Source of the DNA: a virus | Lineage: Duplodnaviria; Heunggongvirae; Uroviricota; Caudoviricetes | Length of the DNA stretch: 20,655 nucleotides | Strand: one strand, 5' to 3' | IMG/VR virus record: IMGVR_UViG_2740892214_000006 | Shown here: positions 1 to 8,662 of the stretch, in pieces | Position numbering within the stretch: position 1 is the stretch's first letter | Layout: every line of letters starts with the position of its first letter | Position numbers and translations under genes: made by a program | The notes under the pieces: generated by a model | The model's input: only the letters and a program-made list of their open reading frames with translations | Told to the model about the DNA's origin: nothing | Database searches by the model: none

Positions 1-85
1 AGAAACAGAAGCCACTGGAGCACCTCAAAAACACCATCATACACTAAATCAGTAAGTTGGCAGCATCACCCGTGCCCGAGTCTAT

Positions 86-391
86 ATGCTGCGTACTGGT
101 ATAGAGGGATGGACAGAAAATGACATTCTTCGCTACTGCCGTCTGTCTTCTGGTCGTAACTATGCAACAGAGTTAGAACGCCAGCTTGGAATCACTCTGG
201 AGCGTATCGACGAAAAGAATCCTGATGGTATCGGAACACACCTTCGCTACCGTTTCTCCTGCCGTGGTGATGTTCTGAAAGTGATCACTCATGTTAACCA
301 TCTTGCGAACATAAATGATCACAACGGACTTTCTCAGCAGGAAATTGCCGACATTCTGAAACTCTACCCGGACGCGTTTAACGCCGCCTAA
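86..391 (+). CDS. hypothetical protein (101 aa)
   Basis: First ATG after an in-frame stop at 53-55; ORF ends 12 nt before the next same-strand gene; weak SD; no family recognised. Confidence 0.5.
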   Translation: MLRTGIEGWTENDILRYCRLSSGRNYATELERQLGITLERIDEKNPDGIGTHLRYRFSCRGDVLKVITHVNHLANINDHNGLSQQEIADILKLYPDAFNAA

Positions 392-403
392 CGGAGACTG
401 AAA

Positions 404-1237
404 ATGAACATCGAAAAAAGCAGATTAATTTCTGAGGCCGCCCCTCATCTGAACGCCTCTCTGGGCACAATTAACGGTAATGAATTTGCCGCAATTGTCC
501 CGGTTATTCCTGGTCATATCGGTGGGCGTGAAACCAATATTGTTAGCGCAAAAGCGTTACACAAAGCGTTGGGCGTGGGAAAAGATTTCTCTACATGGAT
601 CACTGATCGCATCTCTGAATATGACTTCACCATTGGGCACGATTACTCAGTCCATAAAACAATCTCCCCAAATTTGGGGAAAAGCCCGAATGGCGCGCCT
701 TACAGCAAGATTAAGCAGTCTGGCAGACCCGGCAAAGACTATCTGTTAAGTGTCGGAATGGCGAAAGAACTGGCAATGATCGAACGCAATGATCAGGGTC
801 GCGCTATCCGTCGTTATTTCATCCAGTGCGAGGAAGAATTACAGCGTAGCGTGCCTGAAATCGCCGCCCGCTATCGTCGCCAGCTAAAAGCCCGTATCAG
901 TGCCGCAAACAACTTTAAGCCAATGTGCGATGCGCTGAATATGGCCCGTGCCGAGATGGGGAAAACGACGCAGCAACACCACTACACAAACGAGAGCAAT
1001 ATGATTTCTCGTATCGTTCTTGGTGGGCTAACTGCTAAGCAGTGGGCGCGGATAAATGGCTATTCTGGCGAACCTCGCGACCATATGAACGCAGAACAGC
1101 TTGAGCACCTCTCATATCTCGAAAGCACCAATATCACGTTAATTGATATGGGCATGGAATATGAGCAGCGCAAAGGAGAACTCACCCGCCTGTCGCAACG
1201 CTGGCTCGCCAAGCGTCTGGAGGCGGTCCATGTTTAA
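404..1237 (+). CDS. phage antirepressor-like regulatory protein (AntA/AntB-type N-terminal domain)
   Basis: 277-aa ORF with SD GGAGAC upstream of ATG 404. N-terminal segment GRETNIVSAKALHKALGVGKDFSTWITDRI resembles the AntA/AntB antirepressor domain as recalled; C-terminal half unassigned. Confidence 0.8.
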   Translation: MNIEKSRLISEAAPHLNASLGTINGNEFAAIVPVIPGHIGGRETNIVSAKALHKALGVGKDFSTWITDRISEYDFTIGHDYSVHKTISPNLGKSPNGAPYSKIKQSGRPGKDYLLSVGMAKELAMIERNDQGRAIRRYFIQCEEELQRSVPEIAARYRRQLKARISAANNFKPMCDALNMARAEMGKTTQQHHYTNESNMISRIVLGGLTAKQWARINGYSGEPRDHMNAEQLEHLSYLESTNITLIDMGMEYEQRKGELTRLSQRWLAKRLEAVHV

Positions 1238-1412
1238 GCCGACAGGAACACCACAACCTCAAAAACGCTACAAAGATGCCCACGGAGCACTCGTTACTGT
1301 CGAAAGCGTGTCTCACAACCGAGTGACGTTTTATCGCGACGGGTATCAATCGCCATGCGTACAACCGCTGGCGCGTTTCATGAAGGAGTTCGCGGAGGTT
1401 AACAAATGCTAA
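1230..1412 (+). CDS. small hypothetical protein (60 aa)
   Basis: ATG 1230 preceded by GGAGG (1219-1223, 6-nt spacer). Start overlaps upstream stop (ATGTTTAA) and stop overlaps next start (ATGCTAA), indicating translational coupling. ORF-track start 1143 is a TTG and probably not used. Confidence 0.5.
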   Translation: MFKPTGTPQPQKRYKDAHGALVTVESVSHNRVTFYRDGYQSPCVQPLARFMKEFAEVNKC

Positions 1413-2434
1413 CCGTCCAGAAGAAGACATTTTCACTGGCTGGTATGTCGCCAAAATACAGCAATATGACAGCAAAGTCAGGCATTAATACAGCAGATAC
1501 AAGCAAAGTTTATCATTTGCTGGTGGTAGGAGCGGATGCCTTAACTATGTCAGAAATTACGGTCGATGGTGTTAGCGTTGAGAAGGTCAGCGGCTGCGCC
1601 AGAGAATTTCTGGTCGTAGATCACCTGTTCTGCTCGTGTAGTGACTCCACAAAAACATTCGTCCACGTGCGTGACGTTAACGAAATGAGCGCGATGTATT
1701 GTGCATCTGGTGCTTCCAATAGTGAGTTTTCGGAGTCCATAAAAAAGAGCTTGCCGTTATGCGGCAACACGGTTTATGGTTATAAGGCACCTCATAAAAC
1801 GGGTGCCGGGATTAGGACCCCGCAGGCAATCGAGGCGATACATGACGCGCCAGCGTCTTTTTTTGTATCGGCGCACACGCACACCTTATCAATGGTGGGC
1901 TGTATGGGGCTGACTTCGGTCAGGCTGGTTTCCTTGATTGCCAGTAGTCCTAACCCTGTACAGTCCACCGCCAGCGAGCTTAGGACCTCCGGCGGTGGCT
2001 ATAAACCATCAATCAAGGAGGCTGCCACATGCTGGCTACTACCCCTACCCAAAAACCGCAATTTATCTGGATTATCGCCGCAGTTCGCCGCGATTGCCCG
2101 ACAATTACCGCCAAAATTCATCATATTGCTGCCGAGTCTGAACGCGATGCTCGCCGTTCTCTGGTGCGCGATCACGTCTGCTTTTTTGCTGGTCGTATCC
2201 GCATGGAGGTGGCACATGATTAAAACCTACGATGTGCATATGGATCCCCTCGAACGCACAAGCCAGATCATCACACTGACAGAAGTGATTAACGACATTC
2301 TGGTGAGCAACTCTCCCTCACGAGACGAAAGGCTGAAGGCGTTACTCGCGATATTGGATCTCGCCGTTCGTGACGTTCATTTCCTGCTGGAAGGTGGACA
2401 AATGCCAGTAAAAACGGGGGCAACCAATGAATAA
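1406..2434 (+). CDS. hypothetical protein; long ORF of uncertain structure (N-terminal ~150 aa protein-like; last 72 codons from ATG 2216 may be a separate gene)
   Basis: ATG 1406 has SD GGAGG (1394-1398) and is coupled to the upstream gene. Frame stays open 1029 nt. Translation of about 1900-2215 looks off-frame-like (L/S/P-rich), and ATG 2216 has its own SD GGAGGTGG. Confidence 0.4.
   Translation: MLTVQKKTFSLAGMSPKYSNMTAKSGINTADTSKVYHLLVVGADALTMSEITVDGVSVEKVSGCAREFLVVDHLFCSCSDSTKTFVHVRDVNEMSAMYCASGASNSEFSESIKKSLPLCGNTVYGYKAPHKTGAGIRTPQAIEAIHDAPASFFVSAHTHTLSMVGCMGLTSVRLVSLIASSPNPVQSTASELRTSGGGYKPSIKEAATCWLLPLPKNRNLSGLSPQFAAIARQLPPKFIILLPSLNAMLAVLWCAITSAFLLVVSAWRWHMIKTYDVHMDPLERTSQIITLTEVINDILVSNSPSRDERLKALLAILDLAVRDVHFLLEGGQMPVKTGATNE
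2029..2223 (+). CDS. small hypothetical protein (64 aa), alternative frame embedded in the long ORF
   Basis: Strong SD AAGGAGG (2015-2021) 7 nt before ATG 2029; stops in this frame at 1981 and 2002 just upstream. Stop TAA 2221-2223 overlaps ATG 2216 (ATGATTAA). Charged, protein-like composition. Confidence 0.35.
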   Translation: MLATTPTQKPQFIWIIAAVRRDCPTITAKIHHIAAESERDARRSLVRDHVCFFAGRIRMEVAHD

Positions 2435-2621
2435 CTCAATTAATACCCCTCGCCTTACGTCCGCACTTCAATTAATCGAGCAAGCAGCGGCTGTCCTGGT
2501 TGCTGTCAGTCTTTCGGCTGAAGAAATGGACGCTGCTGATGTCGTGGATGCGATTAAAGCGTGCTCATCTTTGGTTAACGATGCCCGTGCCGAGCTGGTA
2601 ATTCTTGGGGGTGAAAAATGA
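2427..2621 (+). CDS. small hypothetical protein (64 aa)
   Basis: ATG overlaps upstream stop (ATGAATAA); G-rich SD ACGGGGG upstream; part of a coupled chain of small genes. Confidence 0.55.
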   Translation: MNNSINTPRLTSALQLIEQAAAVLVAVSLSAEEMDAADVVDAIKACSSLVNDARAELVILGGEK

Positions 2622-2881
2622 ATATCAACTCAATTTATCGTCATCCGTGTGAGCTGGAAATTGAATCATTGCTGGGGCGCGAAGAGCCATATCCAGACAC
2701 ATTCACTCCTGCAGATTGCGCGACTGAACGGCTTACCAGAGCGCGCACAGGTCTGGTTCATGTGATGAATGAGATTGTTCCCTCGGTGGGAGGGGAACAG
2801 GCGACAGTAATCAATAGCTGGCTACAAAAAGTTACCTTCCTGATAGATATCGGTTTAATCGATGTGGAGAGTGCGAAATGA
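2618..2881 (+). CDS. hypothetical protein (87 aa)
   Basis: ATGA overlap with upstream stop; SD GGGGGTGA 4 nt upstream. Confidence 0.6.
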   Translation: MNINSIYRHPCELEIESLLGREEPYPDTFTPADCATERLTRARTGLVHVMNEIVPSVGGEQATVINSWLQKVTFLIDIGLIDVESAK

Positions 2882-3099
2882 CCAACATCCAGCTCATTGA
2901 AGCGCAATGTCGCATCGAACAGGTTCAGACTGTTTTAGGGTTCTGGCTTGAAGGGGCCAGCCCAAGCAACAGAGACAAGTTAATGATTGGCGCGGTTATG
3001 TCACTGCTCAATGGCGTACCAGAAGCTATTCAGGAAGCGGACGAATTGTTGGGCAAATATGAGTTACAGAATCATTCAGGCGAGGCGAAACATGAATAA
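2878..3099 (+). CDS. hypothetical protein (73 aa)
   Basis: ATGA overlap with upstream gene; SD GGAGAG upstream. Confidence 0.55.
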   Translation: MTNIQLIEAQCRIEQVQTVLGFWLEGASPSNRDKLMIGAVMSLLNGVPEAIQEADELLGKYELQNHSGEAKHE

Positions 3100-3694
3100 T
3101 TTCTTAACTTTCCATGCAGAAGCAACGCCTGACGGCGTAAACATCATGTACCGCAGCAACGATGGCATGACAGAACGCGTTGAGGCCGTCTCATATATTG
3201 ATGCCGTAAATCGTCTGGATGCCGGGGATTATGACGATAAACCAGATGAAGGTATGTCAATACATCTCGCTATTGCCGATGGCGGCAACCAGGGATATTT
3301 CGATTACACATCACAGCATAACGTCATTATGTGGAGATGGCTGATCGCAACAGTATTCATGCTGGAAATGAGAGAGGAAAACGGCACTGTCAGCATCATT
3401 GATGATACTGGCAATCCTTCCGAAGTGGCTGTTTATTCCAACGGCATCGTCGCCATGCCGCTGTATCCAGTAGCAGAGCGCCTCGCTATGGCAAACAACA
3501 TTGAGGGCGCGATGATAGAACGTTTTGGCATCGAGTCTGGCACAGAACGCGCCATCATTTTCTACAGAGCCATGATGGATGTGGAACAAGGAGCACTGAC
3601 TCCATTTGGTCGTGAAACGCTTGCTGAACTTCACAACAGCTTTATAGCTGAACTGAATGAAAACGGCATGCCAGCGGAACCAGTGACGCACTGA
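3092..3694 (+). CDS. hypothetical protein (200 aa)
   Basis: ATG 3092 overlaps upstream stop (ATGAATAA), SD GAGGCG upstream. The ORF-track start 2987 lies inside the upstream gene and is judged too far 5'. Confidence 0.65.
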   Translation: MNNFLTFHAEATPDGVNIMYRSNDGMTERVEAVSYIDAVNRLDAGDYDDKPDEGMSIHLAIADGGNQGYFDYTSQHNVIMWRWLIATVFMLEMREENGTVSIIDDTGNPSEVAVYSNGIVAMPLYPVAERLAMANNIEGAMIERFGIESGTERAIIFYRAMMDVEQGALTPFGRETLAELHNSFIAELNENGMPAEPVTH

Positions 3695-3704
3695 GGATGG
3701 AGCC

Positions 3705-4046
3705 ATGATTACTAAAAATTTCCGACTGAATGCGCTGGCAAATAAGTATGCGTCGGCACTGTATAACCACATTACCTCCACCAGCGGCGGGGACTATTTC
3801 ATGGTTGATGCGGACGGCGAGGCCGTACGTGTGGAAATCGTCAATGGAGTAAAAGGCGTTCGCAGCCTGATCGATAGCTACACACTGGCAGCCATGAAAG
3901 TGTTCTACCCGCAGTGGGAAACCGTGGGGATCGAGCTTCTTGAGCGTTGCGTCACTAAGGACGGATTGACTGACGTCGGGCGTGAGATATGGCAAAGCAT
4001 GGTTAATGACATGGGCGCAACTGTAGCGGGAGGTTCTCATGCGTGA
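3705..4046 (+). CDS. hypothetical protein (113 aa)
   Basis: SD GAGGATGGAG 5 nt before ATG 3705; starts 10 nt after upstream stop. Confidence 0.65.
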   Translation: MITKNFRLNALANKYASALYNHITSTSGGDYFMVDADGEAVRVEIVNGVKGVRSLIDSYTLAAMKVFYPQWETVGIELLERCVTKDGLTDVGREIWQSMVNDMGATVAGGSHA

Positions 4047-4410
4047 AAATGCAGAAATGGCGCTTAGCTCCGCAATCGGAGAGCAGGTGGCAAAGATTGC
4101 TGGTGCTGTGTGGATTCATAACCTTCATTCTACTGGTGAAGAGAAAATGGCAATTCAGACGCCAGAGGGACGCACCATTACTACATCTCTGAAGCCGTCA
4201 GATGTTTGTGATCTGATTTGCGCATTCATGTACCCAGCAATGAGGACTGTCCACGGCGATAAGTGGAAACTTGCGACAACCGCTGAATTTGATATGTGGC
4301 TAAACAATGATGGCATGCTGACTGATTACGGAATAACCAAGTGGCAGATGCTGGTTAGCCATATCGCAAACGCTATAGACCACGTGGGGTACGGTGATGC
4401 GAAACATTGA
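4039..4410 (+). CDS. hypothetical protein (123 aa)
   Basis: SD GGGAGG upstream of ATG 4039; overlaps upstream stop by 8 nt; stop overlaps primase start region. Confidence 0.65.
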   Translation: MRENAEMALSSAIGEQVAKIAGAVWIHNLHSTGEEKMAIQTPEGRTITTSLKPSDVCDLICAFMYPAMRTVHGDKWKLATTAEFDMWLNNDGMLTDYGITKWQMLVSHIANAIDHVGYGDAKH

Positions 4411-6748
4411 TCTTATCCGTCAGGTTATCAGTGCGTCTGAAAACAACTGGCCTCATGTGCTGGGCTGCCTGAACATAAATGTCCCTGACTCTCCGCGCCA
4501 TCATGCTCCCTGCCCTGCATGTGGGGGCAAAGATCGATTCCGGTTCGATGACAACGGGCGCGGTAGCTTCATCTGTAATCAGTGCGGCGCTGGTGATGGG
4601 CTGGATTTAATTAAACGCGTAAATAACTGCGACACAACAGAGGCGGCGCTTCTTGCCGCTGATGTTCTGGGTATTGATTACCGGACAACGGAAACACCAG
4701 AAGCCACCAGCCAGAAACGGGAACAACTGGAAACCGAGCGCCAGCGACGCGAACAGGAGCGCCTGAAAAGGGCAGAGAAGGATGAACAACAAAGACGGGA
4801 TACGTTTTCCCGTCAGTTTGATGACATGCGCAGAAAGGCTGTAAACGGCAAATCTGATTATCTGGTTGCGAAAGGGGTAGGTGATTTTACATTCCCCGTG
4901 TTGCCAGATGGATCTCTATTGCTGGCGCTGGTGGATAAATCCGGCGCAGTCACAGCAGCACAGACTATTACCTCACATGGTGAAAAAAGACTCCTGACAG
5001 GTTCGGCAAAGCGGGGGGCATATCACGCCATAAACGCACAGAAACGACCTCACAGCATCATAATTGCTGAGGGGGTGGCTACCGCCCTGTCGTGCCATTT
5101 AATTCGCCCTGACGCAATGACAGTGGCAGCAATCGACGCTGGCAACCTGTTGCCAGTAGCGGAAGTCATGCGCAGAACATATCCACAGGCACAAATCATC
5201 ATTGCCGCAGATAACGATCACCAGCAAGGAAACTCCGAAAGTGGAGGGATCAACACGGGGAAAGATGCCGCAGAGAGGGCCGCTATTTCCGTAGCTGGCT
5301 GGGTGTCTCTGCCACCGACTGACTATAAAGCCGACTGGAACGACTATCACCAACAACACGGGCTGGCGGCAGCCACAGCAGCATTTAAAGATTCGATGTA
5401 CCAGCCACGGGGGAAAGGGGCGCAGGTGAAAAATCACAAACAGTCAGTCGGGGCGCTGAATGAGATCAGTTCTGGCGAGGTGTTAAGCGATGATGAAATT
5501 GCTGTCCTCGAAGAAATCAACCGGACGTTTACGCATGTCACCATCGGCGGGAAACACAAGGTGGTGTCGCTAAAGCCTTCTCAAACCGGCGGTGTATCGC
5601 ACGTTTTCGAGGATTTATCACAATTTCAGCATTATTTTCATCATAAACCGAGAGTCGCCAGAAAGCTGGCGGGATCGGCGTGGCTGTCATGGAGTGGGAA
5701 GAACTACAAGCCAGGAGGCGTAGGATTTTATCCAGTACCAGACAAATGCCCTGACGATGTTTTTAATCTGTATGAGGGGCTGGCACTGGAACCAATTGAA
5801 GGAGATTGCACGGTATACCTTAATCACCTGTTGCAGGTTGTCTGTGCCGGTAATGAAGAGGCATACCAATATCTTATCCAGTGGATGGCGCACATTATCC
5901 AAAAGCCTGATGAAAAACCGTCCGTGGCAATCGTGATGAAATCTGTCCCGGGCACAGGGAAAGGCACAACGGTTAAACCACTGCTGCAAATACTGGGGCA
6001 GTACGCCGCCCACATTAACGGGGCGGGACATATTTCAGGGCGCTTCAATTCAATACTTGCTAACAAGCTACTGGTATTTGCTGACGAAGTGACGATCCAC
6101 AAGCCGTCTGAAGCTGACAGACTTAAAGCGATTATTAGCGAACCGACGTTTAACCTTGAGCGCAAGGGAATTGATGCTGAACCAATGCCGAATTTTGCCC
6201 GGTTGATATTTGCCAGTAACAGCACACAGGTATTACAGGCAGGGATAAGAGAGCGTCGCTATCTCGTGCTTGAGCCATCTCCTGAAAAAGCACAGAGCCG
6301 GGAGTATTTTGATCGGCTGTACAGTTGGCTTAATGATGGCGGTGCCGCAAAGTTGCTTTGGCATCTTAAAGGGGTGGATCTCTCAGGTTTTGACCCTCAA
6401 CGAGCGCCACAGACCGATGCCTTACGTGAAGAAATCTTGCTGGGGCTGTCTGGCGTTGAATTGTTTCTTTATGGCGAGCTAATCAATGAACCTCCGTTTA
6501 ATGGCGAAGTCCGTTTGTTTGCAAAGGATATGGTTAGTCGATTTGTAGCGTGGTCGCTTGAGCGTGGGGAAAAGCTTAAAGAACCAGCAGCCAGATCACT
6601 ACTGGGTAAATCACTTGCACAAATGGGGCTGGTGAAGCATGGAAGACCAGACCGAGGGAATGGCGTGTTCTACGAACTACCAGAGGTCGGAGTTCTACAG
6701 GCTGCGTTTGCCCGTCTGATCGGTATGGGGGGATATGATGTTTTTTAA
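4394..6748 (+). CDS. P4-alpha-type DNA primase / SF3 helicase (replication initiator)
   Basis: 784-aa ORF (GTG 4394 or ATG 4397). N-terminal zinc ribbon CPACGG...CNQCG, TOPRIM-like motifs IIIAEGVATAL and IIIAADNDH, C-terminal Walker A SVPGTGKGTT and Walker B LLVFADEV. Iteron clusters lie immediately downstream. Confidence 0.95.
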   Translation: MMRNIDLIRQVISASENNWPHVLGCLNINVPDSPRHHAPCPACGGKDRFRFDDNGRGSFICNQCGAGDGLDLIKRVNNCDTTEAALLAADVLGIDYRTTETPEATSQKREQLETERQRREQERLKRAEKDEQQRRDTFSRQFDDMRRKAVNGKSDYLVAKGVGDFTFPVLPDGSLLLALVDKSGAVTAAQTITSHGEKRLLTGSAKRGAYHAINAQKRPHSIIIAEGVATALSCHLIRPDAMTVAAIDAGNLLPVAEVMRRTYPQAQIIIAADNDHQQGNSESGGINTGKDAAERAAISVAGWVSLPPTDYKADWNDYHQQHGLAAATAAFKDSMYQPRGKGAQVKNHKQSVGALNEISSGEVLSDDEIAVLEEINRTFTHVTIGGKHKVVSLKPSQTGGVSHVFEDLSQFQHYFHHKPRVARKLAGSAWLSWSGKNYKPGGVGFYPVPDKCPDDVFNLYEGLALEPIEGDCTVYLNHLLQVVCAGNEEAYQYLIQWMAHIIQKPDEKPSVAIVMKSVPGTGKGTTVKPLLQILGQYAAHINGAGHISGRFNSILANKLLVFADEVTIHKPSEADRLKAIISEPTFNLERKGIDAEPMPNFARLIFASNSTQVLQAGIRERRYLVLEPSPEKAQSREYFDRLYSWLNDGGAAKLLWHLKGVDLSGFDPQRAPQTDALREEILLGLSGVELFLYGELINEPPFNGEVRLFAKDMVSRFVAWSLERGEKLKEPAARSLLGKSLAQMGLVKHGRPDRGNGVFYELPEVGVLQAAFARLIGMGGYDVF

Positions 6749-6778
6749 TATAGTCTTTTTACAAGAAGATCGTTTTTA

Positions 6779-6881
6779 CCTGTACCACCTATACCACTTT
6801 GCTAATTCAGCATTAAAAACAGTGCGTTATAGTGGTACAGGTCAATATCTTACCTATACCAGACCTGTACCACCTATACCA
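6779..6881. repeat. iteron cluster 1 (candidate origin / cis replication region)
   Basis: 18-bp direct repeat CCTGTACCACCTATACCA at 6779-6796 and 6864-6881, with an inverted core copy TGGTACAGG at 6832-6840; immediately 3' of the primase gene. Confidence 0.6.
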
Positions 6882-6924
6882 TTAACAAACGCATTTCTTC
6901 TGGCTGGCTGAGAGGGAACAACCA

Positions 6925-7155
6925 ATGATGAGCACACCATTTTACAAAGTGCGCCAGTTAGCTTCTTCCTCTGGCTGGCAGCTACGGTTTGAGGGGCGTT
7001 CAGACTGGCTACCCATTGCGGCATGGGCGAATGTTGAAATGTGTATTGACGGCGATACCGTTGAAATCATTATTCCCTGCGTGGCAAGTCGGGACGGCTG
7101 TATAGAGCCAACAGATATGGCAGCAGAAATCAGAGAGGTAAAACATGAACAATAA
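6925..7155 (+). CDS. hypothetical protein (76 aa)
   Basis: SD GAGGGAA upstream of ATG 6925 (second ATG at 6928); 11-nt overlap with the next gene. Confidence 0.5.
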   Translation: MMSTPFYKVRQLASSSGWQLRFEGRSDWLPIAAWANVEMCIDGDTVEIIIPCVASRDGCIEPTDMAAEIREVKHEQ

Positions 7156-7882
7156 CTATTGCATACCGCAGGGAATGACCAGAACGGAGCGCGAAGAATT
7201 AAAAAGTTTCGCTACACAGTGCGGGAATGCTGGCGACATCCAAAGTCTGGAACGCACTTTAATTATGATTGCGCACTGGATGCGCCAGGGGCAAAGAGTT
7301 TCATTTACTGAATATGCCAGCCAGTGGACAGAGGCACAGCGCGAACGGAGCGACGGTAATCACTCAACACCCGAAATGGCGAAGCAATGGCCTTTCAGTG
7401 GTAAACGCTGTATCAGTCCCGGTGGTTCAGATTATTACCCTGCTGGTGTGGGAGATGAGCCATGTTGTGACGAGACTGAAATCCGCCACGCAGTGACAGT
7501 AATTACCGCTGAATACCCACAATTTAACCTTGACGGACTGGCGCTCCACAACCGGAATGCGGACTGGGAAAACCCGCTTGATAACCCATCATTTATCGTA
7601 TCGGCGAAAAGCTGCCTGAAATGGATCAGAGATAACGGGATGAGTAATGCCCAGATTGAGAGCTTCCCGCAGGATAACCCCACATCTGACACGTTGAAGC
7701 ATGAAGTGGAGCGATATAACCAGATAAACCACCAGCACAGTGATCACCCGCACTATATCCCCAACGGAGCATTTATTGCGGCGATGGTGGCAAGCGGCTA
7801 CAAGGTTAAGCCAGCGGGAAGAATGAACGCATTTTTCAATATTTCAAAAAAGGGATTATGTGCTGCTATGGGTAAAAATTAA
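7145..7882 (+). CDS. hypothetical protein (245 aa)
   Basis: SD GAGAGG upstream of ATG 7145; protein-like composition; no family recognised; flanked by both iteron clusters. Confidence 0.65.
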   Translation: MNNNYCIPQGMTRTEREELKSFATQCGNAGDIQSLERTLIMIAHWMRQGQRVSFTEYASQWTEAQRERSDGNHSTPEMAKQWPFSGKRCISPGGSDYYPAGVGDEPCCDETEIRHAVTVITAEYPQFNLDGLALHNRNADWENPLDNPSFIVSAKSCLKWIRDNGMSNAQIESFPQDNPTSDTLKHEVERYNQINHQHSDHPHYIPNGAFIAAMVASGYKVKPAGRMNAFFNISKKGLCAAMGKN

Positions 7883-7887
7883 ATAAA

Positions 7888-7991
7888 TGGTACAGGTCTG
7901 TACAGGTGGGGAGAGGTCATTTTTACCCACCTGTACCACCTGCAGGCCGCGCCACACAAGGGTTTGTGACATGGTGGTACAGGTGGTACAG
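7888..7991. repeat. iteron cluster 2 (candidate origin / cis replication region)
   Basis: Core copies in both orientations: TGGTACAGGT 7888-7897, CTGTACAGGTGG 7898-7909, CACCTGTACCACCTG 7928-7942, GGTGGTACAGGTGGTACAG 7973-7991; shares CCTGTACCACCT with cluster 1. Confidence 0.6.
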
Positions 7992-8356
7992 CAAAAACAG
8001 CGATTTTCTTTATAAGGTATGTTTTGCTCATCTGGCAGACGGAGGTATTCGCTGCGGTTTGGCACGTAGCCCAGAACAGCAAAGAGTTTTACGAGACTTT
8101 TGTAAAATCCAGTGTACAAGGGCGTGACGTTTTTGAAGGAGAGACCTACGAAATTTTCGTAGTTCAAAAAATAGCCTCTGAGATGTTGTTATGCCTGTTC
8201 AGCAAACCATCCGCATAGCTGATCGCGAATCAAATTACCAATGGAGCCAGAAGCAAGGGCAGAACTGGAAAGCGCCTGCCGTGAAGAGTAATGCGACATC
8301 ATAAATATAGTTTTTAGAGTCCATAAAAAACCTGTCAAAACCTGACATACAGAACG

Positions 8357-8390
8357 ATGCCACCAGCTACTGAGCGGTGGCATTTTTTTG
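8357..8390 (+). terminator. rho-independent terminator
   Basis: 8-bp stem ATGCCACC / GGTGGCAT (8357-8364, 8376-8383) with 11-nt loop, followed by a 7-T run (8383-8389). Confidence 0.6.
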
Positions 8391-8419
8391 TGCTATTTGT
8401 TTCATATTTTGCAATCACA

Positions 8420-8455
8420 ATGATGAATGTTGCGTTTTATGAAACTATAATGACT
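8420..8455 (+). promoter_or_regulatory. candidate promoter for the RHH-led operon
   Basis: Perfect TATAAT at 8446-8451 about 35 nt upstream of ATG 8485 in an AT-rich stretch after the terminator; the -35 element is poor. Confidence 0.3.
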
Positions 8456-8484
8456 GTTGTTTTATACAGTTCTAAGGGGGCGTT

Positions 8485-8646
8485 ATGGCTATTTCAGTAA
8501 AGCCGGTATTGATAAGTGAGAAGCAAATGGAAGCGATAAAGAAAATTCAGGAAGAGCAGCGTAAAAAATCAGGAATTGGAGTAGCGCCAACTCTGCATGA
8601 AATTGCACGAGGGTTAATAGATAAGGCGCTGGCAGGCTGTATGTGA
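8485..8646 (+). CDS. ribbon-helix-helix (Arc/MetJ/CopG-like) small DNA-binding protein (53 aa)
   Basis: Below the ORF-track size cutoff. SD AAGGGGG 5 nt before ATG 8485, in-frame stop at 8473-8475. Predicted beta-strand then two helices (VKPVLISEKQMEAIKKIQEEQRK..KSGIG..VAPTLHEIARGLIDKAL). Confidence 0.6.
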   Translation: MAISVKPVLISEKQMEAIKKIQEEQRKKSGIGVAPTLHEIARGLIDKALAGCM

Positions 8647-8662
8647 AAATGGATGGCATCGC

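Noticed and set aside
480-749. 89-aa + strand ORF inside the antirepressor-like gene in another frame
   Set aside because: Fully embedded in a longer, protein-like ORF with a good start context; TTG start and Leu/Ser-rich off-frame composition.
1182-1475. 97-aa minus-strand ORF across the 1230-1412 / 1406 junction
   Set aside because: Antisense to two coupled + strand genes with SD-led starts; Cys/Arg-rich composition typical of spurious antisense frames.
4607-6482. Several 60-133-aa ORFs on both strands inside the primase-helicase gene (4607-4792, 5099-5437, 5687-6031, 5824-6225, 6270-6482)
   Set aside because: All lie within a confidently assigned 784-aa gene with recognisable motifs; compositions are Cys/Arg/Pro-rich.
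6779-7991. Repeat clusters as a CRISPR array
   Set aside because: Repeats are short (8-18 bp), occur in both orientations with irregular spacing and no uniform spacers, and sit beside a primase; iterons fit better.
7856-8383. Overlapping ORFs on both strands across iteron cluster 2 and the terminator region (7856-8167, 7879-8082, 7906-8127, 8024-8218, 8189-8383)
   Set aside because: Mutually overlapping, no SD-led starts (8024 starts with TTG), and they coincide with iterons; the region is more likely non-coding origin/terminator DNA.
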